A stretch of 64,000 nt of DNA from an uncultured Chloroflexia bacterium (GTDB lineage: Bacteria > Chloroflexota > Chloroflexia > Thermomicrobiales > UBA6265), in the NCBI GenBank assembly GCA_963724295.1, contig CAVRUC010000010.1:160001-224000 (forward strand), read 5' to 3'. This document shows, one piece after another, positions 40,952-50,245 of this stretch (position 1 is its first letter; the number at the start of each line of letters is the position of its first letter). The notes beneath the pieces are model-generated. The model made no database searches, was not told where the DNA came from, and saw nothing but the letters and a program-made list of their open reading frames with translations. The position numbers and the translations under genes are program-made.

Positions 40952-41416
40952 TGGTTCCAATTCCTCCTCAGAACACCGGCATCAAGGGAACGGCACGGCG
41001 CGACGAGCGCCCAGCCGCTGAGACGACGATGATTGCTTGTGCTTCTTGAATGCCTACGGGGTTAGCTGGTGGGTTCGGACCGGAAGCGCCTCGGCCCTAC
41101 GCGCCCTTGCGGCGCGATTCACCCCGATGAAGCCGTTGCCGGCGCCTGCCCCACGTGGCGCGAATCACCGTGTGGGTGGATCCCCCGTCCCCCGTAGCCA
41201 CATGGCCTGGGAAGTTCGGCGTGAGCGCCATCCATTCCGCTGATGCGCTGGACAGCCCACTCGCGACCACGCTAACACCTAAATGCCTGGCGACATCGTC
41301 GTCGACGCACAAACAGACCGCGACGAACTTGGACTGGCTCGTCTCGGATCGTTCCATTCCGTACGCTTCACCCTGACAGAACAGCTGCGCAATGGAGAAC
41401 CTGGGGAGGTTGGACG

Positions 41417-41971
41417 ATGACCGCCAGCACACCGGCGCCGCTCGCGCCGCAACACGCCGCGGCGCTGCTGGGGACGATGCCCACCTTCTTGCGGGCGGAG
41501 TTCGAGGCCGCTCCGGAAGCGCTGCTGCGTTGGCGTCCCGCGCCCGAAGAGTGGTGCCTGCTGGAGGTGGTCGGTCACCTGATCGAGACGGAAGAGCGCG
41601 GCTTCGCCGGCCGCATCCGGACGATCCTGGCCGAGGAGCGGCCCAAGTTCAGGACCTGGGATCCTTCCGCTGTCGCCCGCGAGCGCCAGGATGAGCGGCG
41701 CGACCCTGCCGAGCTCATGGCGGAGTTCATCAGGCGGCGCACCTCTGGTGTCGCACTCGTGGAGGCATTGACGACCGCCGACCTCGAGCGCGGCGGAGAC
41801 CACCCCGAGGTCGGATTCCTGACCGTCAACGACCTCCTGCACGAGTGGATCCACCACGACGCCAACCATCTGCGCCAGATGCTGGCCAACATTCAGGCCT
41901 ACACCTGGCCCTCGATGGGCAACGCCCAGCGCTTCAGCGCACCGGACGCGAGTCCCGACGGGTCAGGGTGA
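41417..41971 (+). CDS. DinB family protein
   Basis: RPAPEEW...EVVGHL..E, HP..G.LT...LL.EW.HHD.NHL.Q. Confidence 0.85.
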   Translation: MTASTPAPLAPQHAAALLGTMPTFLRAEFEAAPEALLRWRPAPEEWCLLEVVGHLIETEERGFAGRIRTILAEERPKFRTWDPSAVARERQDERRDPAELMAEFIRRRTSGVALVEALTTADLERGGDHPEVGFLTVNDLLHEWIHHDANHLRQMLANIQAYTWPSMGNAQRFSAPDASPDGSG

Positions 41972-42110
41972 CGGGTAGCGCCCCCGCGTGCAGCGCATCA
42001 GCCTCGCTGTGACCCTTGCCCGTCTCTGAACAACGGAGCTGTGGGTCCCGTGAGCGACGTTAGGCCGGCAATCACCCGCCGGGTCTCGCCTGGGACTTTG
42101 ACCCGGGCAG

Positions 42111-42203
42111 GGTGTCATTCCGACGGACTTGCAGGAGGAATCTCGTCAGTCGTGGTGAGCCCCGGAACACGAGATTCCTCGCTGGCGGGCTCGGAATGAC
42201 ACC
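42111..42203. repeat. GTCATTCCGA...TCGGAATGAC palindromic (REP/RPE-like) element
   Basis: GGTGTCATTCCGA(42111-23)/TCGGAATGACACC(42191-203) and GAGGAATCTCGT(42135-46)/ACGAGATTCCTC(42169-80). Confidence 0.75.
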
Positions 42204-42217
42204 TTGGACCTGACGCT

Positions 42218-42694
42218 TTAGGTTGAAGCGCCAATGGGCTCGCAGCCGATCCCGTCGCCGTCGTGATCGAGGCGCTGCGGATCGGGCGCCAAGACTTCGA
42301 ACCGGCGCTCGCCGGTGACCGCGCAGCCCTGGTCGAACGGCGGTCCCGGCGGAATGCAGGTGCGCTCCTCCGGGTAGGCCGGATCGCACCCAGTCCTCTC
42401 CGGTGCTTTCGGTTCAGGGGTGGGCGTCACTGCTGGGAGCGATGCGACAGCCCGTTGCGGTTCGAGGGCTGGCAATGAGGCGGCCGCATACCCGGCGCGG
42501 GGCGGCGCGGGCATCTCTGGCGGCGTGACCGTTGGTAACGTCGCGATCGATCGCGGCAGTGACGAAGGCTCTTCGATCGACATGCCGTACGTCGCGTCCT
42601 GAACCGCGACCGGACGCGCCCACTCGTTGGCCAGCGTGCCGAAGAGGCCATAGCCGGCGAGACTGAGCGCTATGAGCACGACGCGGGTATTCAA
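42218..42694 (-). CDS. Secreted protein with C-terminal excalibur-like Ca-binding domain
   Basis: Hydrophobic N-terminus, Pro-rich linker, CDPAYP..TCIPP...C......F.V..PDP.RLDHDGDGIGCE; start uncertain. Confidence 0.6.
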   Translation of the reverse strand: MNTRVVLIALSLAGYGLFGTLANEWARPVAVQDATYGMSIEEPSSLPRSIATLPTVTPPEMPAPPRAGYAAASLPALEPQRAVASLPAVTPTPEPKAPERTGCDPAYPEERTCIPPGPPFDQGCAVTGERRFEVLAPDPQRLDHDGDGIGCEPIGAST

Positions 42695-42939
42695 GGAGTG
42701 CCCCCTGCGAGGACCGAAGCCAATCCTGTACCGGGCTGATAAGCAGGAACCGCGCCATCTCATCGTTGCTATGCGCGTGGCAGAAGCGCGACCGGCTTGA
42801 GCCCGTACCGCCAGCCTGCAAGCTCTGAGCAAGGCCCGCGTTGACCGCGGTCCCAGGTCGTATCCTTTCCCGAAGAACGTATCTGGCCAGGCTCGGTCCC
42901 GGCTATGAGGGTTGAACGCAAACATTGAACGTGAAGGCA

Positions 42940-44376
42940 ATGACGCAGCGCCCGCGAGTCGTGCTCATCTCAACGTATGAGCTCGGGCACCAGCCGTTCG
43001 GTCTGGCATCGCCCGCGGCCTGGCTGCGCGAGGTGGGGGCTCAGGTCACCTGCCTCGACCTCGCCGTCGAGCGCCTGGATGAGGCGGCGATCGCCGCCGC
43101 GGATCTGGTGGCGTTCTACGTGCCAATGCACACCGCCACCCGCCTGGCCGCCAGCTTCGTCGAACGAGTGACGCGGATAAACCCGAACGCGCACCTCTGC
43201 TTCTATGGCCTGTACGCGCCGGTCAACGAGGAGTACCTGCGCGGTCTCGGCGCCGGGACCATCCTCGGTGGTGAGTTCGAAGAAGGGCTGGTCGCGCTGG
43301 TCGAGCGGCTCTCCGCCGCTGACACACTCCCCTCCCCACAGCCGGCACAACCCGAACCGACCATCTCCCTGACCAGGCAGCAGTTCCTCGTCCCGGATCG
43401 TAGCCAGCTACCCGGTCTGGAGCGGTACGCGCACGTCAAGCTGCCCGATGGCAGCTCGCGCATCGCCGGCTACACCGAGGCCAGCCGGGGCTGCAAGCAT
43501 CTCTGCCGCCATTGCCCGATCGTCCCGGTCTATGGCGGCCGGTTCTTCATCGTGCAACCGGACGTCGTGCTGGAGGACATCGCGCGTCAGGTCGAGGCCG
43601 GAGCAGAGCACATTACCTTCGGCGACCCCGATTTCTTCAACGGTCCCACCCACGCCATGCGCATCGTCGAGGAGCTGCACCGGCGGTTCCCGCAACTCAC
43701 TTATGACGTGATCATCAAGGTCGAGCACTTGCTCAAGCACGCCGGGCATCTGCCGGGGCTGCGCGACACGGGCTGTCTCTTCATCACCAGCGCGGTCGAA
43801 GCCGTCGACGACCGGATCCTGGAGATCTTCGACAAGCGTCACACCCGCGAGGAGTTCGTCCGTGCCGTCTCGCTTTGTCGCGAGGTGGGGCTGAACCTCA
43901 ATCCGACCTTCGTCACCTTCAACCCCTGGATCACTCTCGCCGGCTATCGGGATCTGCTCTCGACCATCCTCGAGCTCGACCTGGTCGGCAATGTCTCCCC
44001 GATCCAGTACGCGATCCGCCTCCTCATCCCGCGCGGCTCGCGGCTGCTGGAGCTGCCCCTGGTGCAGGAGTTCGTTGGCGATTTCGACCCGGAGGCCCTG
44101 GCCTACCCATGGACGCATCCCGACCCCCGCATGGACCGCCTGCACGCGGATGTCCTCGCCGTCGTGGGCGGCAACCAGACCACTGTCGAGGATCGCTACG
44201 CCATCTTCGCCAGGGTCTGGGAGCTGACCGAAGCCGCCGGTGAGGCCAACTCGAGCGATTCCTTCGCATTGGTTGCCACCGGCGTCCGCAGCCGCGAGCC
44301 GATCCCCCACTTGAGCGAACCCTGGTACTGCTGAGCGGAGCCAACCGCGGAGCAGTTCGCTCCCGACCGCGTCTAG
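42940..44376 (+). CDS. CUAEP/CCAEP-tail radical SAM selenoprotein (UGA at 44332-44334 read as Sec)
   Basis: N-terminal B12-binding-like domain, CxxxCxxC (GCKHLCRHC), HITFGDPDF. Reading through TGA gives EPWYC-U-AEPTAEQFAPDRV and then TAG at 44374-44376. Confidence 0.88.
44346..44371 (+). promoter_or_regulatory. Putative bacterial SECIS hairpin
   Basis: GGAGC-AGTTC-GCTCC (44349-44363); the loop starts 19 nt after the UGA and has G at loop position 2 followed by U. Confidence 0.6.
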
Positions 44377-44467
44377 AACCCTGCAAGTGCAAGAAAGCGA
44401 TCCAGGACGAGCCGATGACACCCGCGGTTGCAAGGGCAAGCCGCGGGGTATCGCGAGGAGGCAGAGC

Positions 44468-44987
44468 ATGAGCGTGGCAGCGAACGGGGGCGCGAACCCC
44501 GGACGGGACACCGCCTGGTCCCGGCGGAGAGCGTTGCAATCGGCAGGCGCGGCGTTGGTGACCGCCGCCGGGATCGCGGAGCACGCTCAGGACGCCGCCG
44601 CACAAAGCCCAACAGGGTCTGCCAGCCGCCGCTACCCCCGCGATCCCGGCGGACCTCAAGTTCAAAGTTGTCCTTCATGCCGCCGAAGTCGAGAACTGGC
44701 CCTACGTCCTCTCCAACGTGAAGAATCTGACCCAGGAGTGGCCGCAGGCGCAGCTGCGGGTCGTCGTCGATGGGTCGGCGGTCGCCAGCTTGCAAGGGGC
44801 AAACAATTTGACGACGGAACTGGCCCAGCTCGCCGAGGCCGGTGTCCAATTGCAGGTCTGTCCGAATGCGCTCCACGAACATGGGATCGATCCGGGCACG
44901 ATTCCCACGTTCGCCCAGACGAATCTGGGCGGCGTGGTGGCCCTGGTATTGGCCCAACATGAAGGATTCGCGTACGTCAAGCCATAG
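44468..44987 (+). CDS. Tat-exported DsrE-family protein, one frameshift near 44616
   Basis: RBS GAGGAGG, WSRRRAL Tat signal. The second frame gives KVVLH..L.NVKNL..LRVVVDG.AV..GVQLQVCPNAL..GGVVALV.AQ.EGFAYVKP. Confidence 0.75.
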
Positions 44988-45108
44988 CAGCCGGTCGCGC
45001 TACTGCTGACGGACAGACGAGCCACCCTGCGCCGTCCGTCCCGCATCCGGGCCAGGGAAGACTCGCCGAGCCGTGGCAACTGCTCGTGGAGGAAAGGGGA
45101 AATCGAGC

Positions 45109-46299
45109 GTGGGCGTCTATGACGAGCTCGGGCTGCGCACGGTCATCAACGCGAGCGGAACCCTGACCCGCCTCGGCGGCAGCCGCATGGCCCCGGAGGT
45201 CCTGGCGGCGATGGCCGACGCCGCGGCTTCGTTCGTTCCGATCGACGCCTTGCAGGCGCGGGCCGGCGAGGTCATCGCCGAGGTCACCGGCGCCGAGACC
45301 GGCTACGTGGTGAGCGGGGCGGCCGCGGGGCTCTCGTTGGGGGTCGCCGCCTGTGTGGCCGGGATGGACGTGGCGGCGATGGACCGCCTGCCGGACACGT
45401 CCGGATTGAAGGACGAGGTGGTCGTCCAGCGCGGCCACCGCAACGCCTACGACCACGCCATTCGGGCCGTCGGGGTGCGCATGGTCGAGGTTGGCTATCT
45501 GGGCTACCCCGGCGCCGGAGGCACGAGCCCCTGGCAAATCGCCGCGGCGATCACCGAGCGGACGGCGGCGGTCGCCTGCCCGATCCTCGATACCCCCGGC
45601 ACGGTGCCGCTGCCCGAGGTCTGCCGGATCGCGCACGAGGGCGGCGTCCCGGTGATTGTCGATGCCGCCGCCGAGCTGCCGCCGCGCGCGAACTTGCGCC
45701 GGTTCATCGCGGAGGGCGCGGATCTGGTCGTCTTCTCGGGAGGCAAAGCGATCGGCGGACCGCAGGCCAGCGGTATCCTCGCCGGCCGGGCAGACCTGAT
45801 CGCCTCCGTCGCGCTCCAGCATCAGGATATGGATGTGCGCCCGGAGACCTGGTCGTGGCGCCCGCTGCTCGAATCGGGTCACCTGTCCGGAGTGCCGCAC
45901 CAGGGGTTCGGGCGTTCGATGAAGGTCGGACGGGAGGAGATCGTCGGACTCATCACCGCCCTTCGTCGCTTTGCCGCCGGCAGTGACGAGGAGGACCTGC
46001 AGCGCTGGCAACGGTGCCTCGACCCGATCGAGCAGGCGCTGGAGGGCATTTCGGGCATTCGCGTCAGCCGCCAGCTGTCGCATCGCAAACCGGTCCCATC
46101 ATTGTGGATCGAGCTGGACGGCGACTCCACGGCGGCCCGTGCCTACGATCTCGTCAACCGGCTGCTGGGCGGCGAGCCTGCCATCGCCATCGACCAGTCG
46201 TACGCGGAGCATGGGCGACTGTCGATCAATCCACAGGGATTGACCGCGGAGGAGGCGACGGCGGTAGCCCGGCGCCTGCGCGAGGAACTACGAGGGTGA
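45109..46299 (+). CDS. SelA-like (DgaE-type) PLP-dependent enzyme
   Basis: YDELGLRTVINASGTLT.LGGS, VSGAAAG, IVDAAAE, FSGGKAIGGPQASG, GRSMKVGREEI.GL. Confidence 0.85.
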   Translation: MGVYDELGLRTVINASGTLTRLGGSRMAPEVLAAMADAAASFVPIDALQARAGEVIAEVTGAETGYVVSGAAAGLSLGVAACVAGMDVAAMDRLPDTSGLKDEVVVQRGHRNAYDHAIRAVGVRMVEVGYLGYPGAGGTSPWQIAAAITERTAAVACPILDTPGTVPLPEVCRIAHEGGVPVIVDAAAELPPRANLRRFIAEGADLVVFSGGKAIGGPQASGILAGRADLIASVALQHQDMDVRPETWSWRPLLESGHLSGVPHQGFGRSMKVGREEIVGLITALRRFAAGSDEEDLQRWQRCLDPIEQALEGISGIRVSRQLSHRKPVPSLWIELDGDSTAARAYDLVNRLLGGEPAIAIDQSYAEHGRLSINPQGLTAEEATAVARRLREELRG

Positions 46300-46427
46300 T
46301 AGGGTGATGACTCGCTACGCTCGTGGTGATAGGGTAAAAGGGTCGTTGTTCGCTGCGCTCACGGTGGCAGGGTGAGCAGGAAGAACGATTCCCGATCACC
46401 CCGCCACCCTGCCACCCTGCCACCCAT
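46293..46427. repeat. Inverted octamer arrays (AGGGTGAT/AGGGTGGC versus GCCACCCT) with embedded GCT(A/G)CGC motifs
   Basis: AGGGTGATAGGGTGATG..CGCTACGC..GTGATAGGGT..CGCTGCGC..GGTGGCAGGGTG versus CACCCCGCCACCCTGCCACCCTGCCACCC. Confidence 0.55.
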
Positions 46428-46436
46428 CGCCCCCGG

Positions 46437-46465
46437 TGATCCGACCCGGTGCGCGATCGCGTATG
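46437..46465 (+). promoter_or_regulatory. Putative autoregulatory ECF promoter TGATCC-N17-CGTATG
   Basis: Identical -35/-10 hexamers and spacing recur at 48110-48138. Confidence 0.7.
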
Positions 46466-46483
46466 GTCAAGTAGACAGGTGCG

Positions 46484-47080
46484 ATGACCGACCTGGGACC
46501 TGGAGACGACGAGCTCATCGCGGCCGTTGCCCGCGGAGACCAGCCAGCGCTCCTGGCGCTGTATGACCGGCATGGGCGGATGGGCTATGGCCTCGCCTAC
46601 CGCATTCTCGGCGATGCCGGGGCGGCGGAGGAGGCGGTGCAAGACGCATACCTGCGCATCTGGCGCCGGGCCTCGACATTCGATGCCTCGCGCGGCGGTG
46701 CACGCTCCTGGCTGCTGACCATCGTCCATCACTGCGCCATCGATCTGCTGCGGCGCCGAGCCGGCGCGCCTCCTGTCGTGGCCGGGCTCGACGAGATGGC
46801 CGATCGGCGGTCGGTGCCCGACGCCTGGAGCGAGGTGTCGGGTCGAATCGAGAGCGAGCGGGTGCGCACGGCGGTGGAGACGCTCCCCGGCGAGCAACGG
46901 CGCGCGATCGAGATGGCGTTTTTCGATGGTCTCACCCACCGCGAGATCGCGGAACGCGACGGTTTGCCCCTGGGAACGGTGAAAGGCCGCCTGCGCCTCG
47001 GATTGAAGCGGCTCTCAGGTCTGTTGGCGGAACCGGCGCCTGGGGTGACCGGTCCGGCGGAGCTCAATCGTGGAACCTAA
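46484..47080 (+). CDS. ECF RNA polymerase sigma factor (SigK-like)
   Basis: AEEAVQDAYL.IWR.A..FD..RG..RSWL.TI.H..AID; region 4 LP.EQRRAIEMAFF.GLTHREIA...LPLGTVKGRLRLGL. Confidence 0.93.
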   Translation: MTDLGPGDDELIAAVARGDQPALLALYDRHGRMGYGLAYRILGDAGAAEEAVQDAYLRIWRRASTFDASRGGARSWLLTIVHHCAIDLLRRRAGAPPVVAGLDEMADRRSVPDAWSEVSGRIESERVRTAVETLPGEQRRAIEMAFFDGLTHREIAERDGLPLGTVKGRLRLGLKRLSGLLAEPAPGVTGPAELNRGT

Positions 47081-47853
47081 CCTGCCAGTGGCCAGACACG
47101 CCGCAACGCGCGACCTGCTCGGAGCCTTCGCTCTGGGCGCGGTCGATGCCGAAGAAGCCGCCACGGTGCGGGCGCACCTGGCGACGTGCGCGGAGTGCCA
47201 GGCGGAGATGGCCGAGCTGTGGCTTGCCGTCGACAGCCTCCCCGGCATGATCGAGCCGATGGAGCCTTCACCCGCCCTGCGCGACCGCATCGCGGCGGCG
47301 ATCGTGGCGGAGGCGGCATCCCCTGCACCGGCTCCGCCAGCTCCCTCCGCAGCGGCTGTAGCCGAGCCAGTGCCCACCATCGCCCCGGCGCCACCTGCGC
47401 CCGAGCCGATCCGGAAGCCCGCGTCCTTCTGGTCGAGGGCAACCCCCTGGGCCGCCGCGGCGGCCATCTTGCTCCTGCTTTCGGCCGGGTTGCTCGTCTG
47501 GAACCTGCGCTTGCGAGAGCAGCTACGCCACCGCACCGGTCGCGGAGACGATCGCTCTCGCGCCCACGGACGTGGCGCCCGGGGCCCGCGGCGAGGTGAC
47601 CTATCTCCCGCAGGACGAGCTCTTCATGCTCGACGTGCGCGACCTTCCCCCGCTGGAACCCGATCAGGTCTACGAGGTCTGGCTGATCGGGGCCGAGGGC
47701 CCGGTACCAGCCGGGGTCTTCGACCAGCCGACGGACCAGCACGCCATCGTCGCCGACCGCGACCTCTACGACACGCTGGCCATCACCGCCGAACCCGGCC
47801 CGCTGGGCACCGAAGCCCCGACCGGCGAGATCGTGGCCACGGCGCCAATTTAG
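47070..47853 (+). CDS. Anti-sigma factor RskA-like (zf-HC2, TM helix, RskA C-domain), one frameshift near 47530
   Basis: LLGAFALGA....E...VRAHLATCAEC (HxxxCxxC); TM helix; LPPL..DQVYEVWLI....PVPAGVF, LAITAEP....APTG. Confidence 0.88.
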
Positions 47854-47877
47854 CGTTCCGCACAGGAGGGTCATCGT

Positions 47878-48047
47878 CGCTTGGGAGCGGCGCTGATCCG
47901 GCGCTGATCGCGCTCACCAAGCACTGACTCGCCATCGAGCCGGCGTCCTTCGCTGAACTCACCCACGACCTGATCGCCGAGCTGACCGGCGTGCCATTCG
48001 GCACGGTCAAGAGACGCGTCCGTCTCGGGCTGTGCCGTCTCCGTACC
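47878..48047 (+). pseudogene. Internally deleted relic of a second SigK-like sigma gene
   Basis: Reads SLGSGADPALIALTKH*LAIEPASFAELTHDLIAELTGVPFGTVKRRVRLGLCRLRT, which aligns with the N-terminus and region 4 of the upstream sigma. Confidence 0.6.
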
Positions 48048-48109
48048 CCTTGCAGGTTCGCGTGCCCTACTCCCGGGAACCTCGCCCATTCAGATGCAAG
48101 CGGCCTGAA

Positions 48110-48138
48110 TGATCCAGCACTCGCCGAGACCCCGTATG
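48110..48138 (+). promoter_or_regulatory. ECF promoter TGATCC-N17-CGTATG for the DUF4331 operon
   Basis: TGATCCAGCACTCGCCGAGACCCCGTATG. Confidence 0.7.
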
Positions 48139-48374
48139 ACCGAGCGACGTTGATCGCACCCGACAGCGATTGGTGGCGCAAGCCGCCCGGAGGACTCACC
48201 GCATGGATGGCCAACGAATGGCACGGATGCGCGCTCCGTCTGTTCGCCGGCTCAGGGAGGGCGGTCTCCCCCGCAGCGAACGCGGAGTCGAAAGCGGTGG
48301 CCCAAGGCACACCGCGGCCAGGCGTCTACAACAGCGTGGACACGACGCTCGAACTTGCAGAGGAGATATCCATC

Positions 48375-50161
48375 ATGCACCTGCGAACCGCAACCCATCT
48401 TGGTCTGGCTCTCACAGCCATGGTCGGGATGTCCTCGGTCTTCAATCTGGGCGCTCCGCCAAGCGGCGCGTCGAGTCACCGCGAAGCTCCCCTCATCAGC
48501 CAGGATCCGGTGGCCGACGCCACCGATCTCTACGCGTTCGTCAGCCCTGACGATCCGGATACGGTCACCCTGATCGCCAACTACTACCCGATGCAGGATC
48601 CGGCCGGGTTCCCCAACTTCTATCGCTTCGGCGACGACGTCACCTACCGCATCAACATCGATAACAACGGCGATGCGGTCGAGGACATCTTCTACCAGTG
48701 GGACTTCGACACCGAGATCGTCAATCCGAATTCGTTCCTCTACAACTCCGGACCGATCGATTCACTCGATAGCCCCAACCTGAACGTCCGTCAGACCTAC
48801 ACCCTCTCCGAGGGACGGGGCGGCACGTTGACCGAGATCGCCAGCGGCCTGATGACGCCGCCGGTCAACATCGGGCCGAAGTCGACCCCGGACTATGAGG
48901 CGCTCGCTTCCGACGCGATCGCCGAAGTCGGCGACGGCATCACTGTCTTCGCCGGTCAGCGCGACGACCCCTTCTGGGTCGATCTCGGTGGGATTGGCGA
49001 TCTGCTCACCATCCGCCAGTTGCCCGGCAACGCCGGTGGCGGCGTCGACGATCTGGCTGGTCTCAATGTTCAGTCGCTGGCCATCCAGGTGCCAGTCGAG
49101 CAGCTGACCAGCGACGGCGCGGCGCCCGCCGACGCGGAGGCCGCCAACGCGGTCATCGGGGTCTGGACGACCGCGCTGCGACCGTCGACCCTGGTCTTCG
49201 GGCCGGGCACCCAGACCGCCTCAGGCGATCACGTCCAGATCTCCCGTCTCGGTATGCCACTCGTCAACGAGGTGGTGGCGCCGCTGGGAGCGAAGGACCT
49301 CTTCAACTCTTCGCACCCCGGGAACGACGCCCAGTTCCTGGGCGCGGTCACCGATCCGGAGATCGCCAGGCTGCTCAATCTGCTCTACGGCGACGCGCTG
49401 GTCGCCGTGCCCGAATCGGGACGTGACGATCTGGTGCAGGTCTTCCTGACCGGCGTGCCGGGACTCAATCAGCCGGCGGACGTCACCCCCAGCGAGATGC
49501 TGCGGCTCAACATCGCCGTCGCGCCGTCGGAGACGGAGAACCCGCTCGGCGTCATCGGCGGCGACAACGCCGGCTTCCCGAACGGCCGCCGGCTCGGCGA
49601 CGACGTCGTCGACGTCGAGCTGCGCGTTGCGGCGGGCTTCCTCCTCGGCGAGGAGTTCCAGAACGGCGCCAACGGTCAGCTCGGCGACGGCGTGCCGGCG
49701 AACGATACGGCGTTCCTGACGGAGTTCCCCTACGTCGGCACGCCGCACCAGGGCTTCGAGCACATGCATCACGCGCCGACCGGTGTCACGACGGCTACGG
49801 GCGGCGGTGCGGAAGCGACACCGGTGATGGAGGAGCGTGAGGTCACCGTGACGCTCGACGCGCTGAATGACTCGGGCATGAGCGGTGAGGCGACGCTGAC
49901 CGAGACAGAGGACGGGACGACAGGTCTCGTTGATGGTCGAGGGCGCTACCGGCGGCCATCCCGTCCATATCCATTTCGGAAGCTGCGACGACCTCGGCGA
50001 GGTTGCCGCCCCGCTCACCGACATCGACGCAGACGGGGATGAGCGAGACGACCGTCGACCTGACGATCGACGAGCTCACCGGCGAGGAGTACGCGATCAA
50101 CGCGCACGAGTCCGCCGAGAACATCACCAACTACGTCGCCTGTGGCGATATCACGGGCTAA
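48375..50161 (+). CDS. Secreted DUF4331 protein with C-terminal CHRD/SOD-like His-containing domain (two frameshifts, near 49920 and 50038)
   Basis: Signal peptide then ASSHREAPLI..DP.AD.TDLYAF.SP, FAGQRDDPF, SRLGMPLVNEV, GFPNGRR.GDDVVD, FPY. The tail joins as HPVHIH.GSC..L..PL..AINAH.S....YVACGDITG*. Confidence 0.85.
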
Positions 50162-50245
50162 TCCATCGACCCGGCGCCGGGCGGGCGCCGGGAGGCCGGG
50201 TGGGGGTGGTTCCTCACCCGGCCACCACACGGAAGGGTCATCCCG

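Noticed and set aside
41000..41400. Coding or ncRNA feature between crp and dinB
   Set aside because: No recognisable motif, RBS-backed ORF or strong structure
44600..44640. Programmed frameshifting in the DsrE, RskA or VOC genes
   Set aside because: No slippery heptamer or stimulatory structure was seen; simple indel error is more parsimonious
45109..46299. Calling this gene selA (selenocysteine synthase) because it lies near a selenoprotein
   Set aside because: It has FSGGK rather than the FSGDK of SelA and lacks the SelA N-terminal tRNA-binding domain; it fits the SelA-like/DgaE group
47991..48374. 128-aa N-terminal extension of the DUF4331 ORF
   Set aside because: It consists of the sigma relic and promoter region; an RBS and signal peptide support the start at 48375
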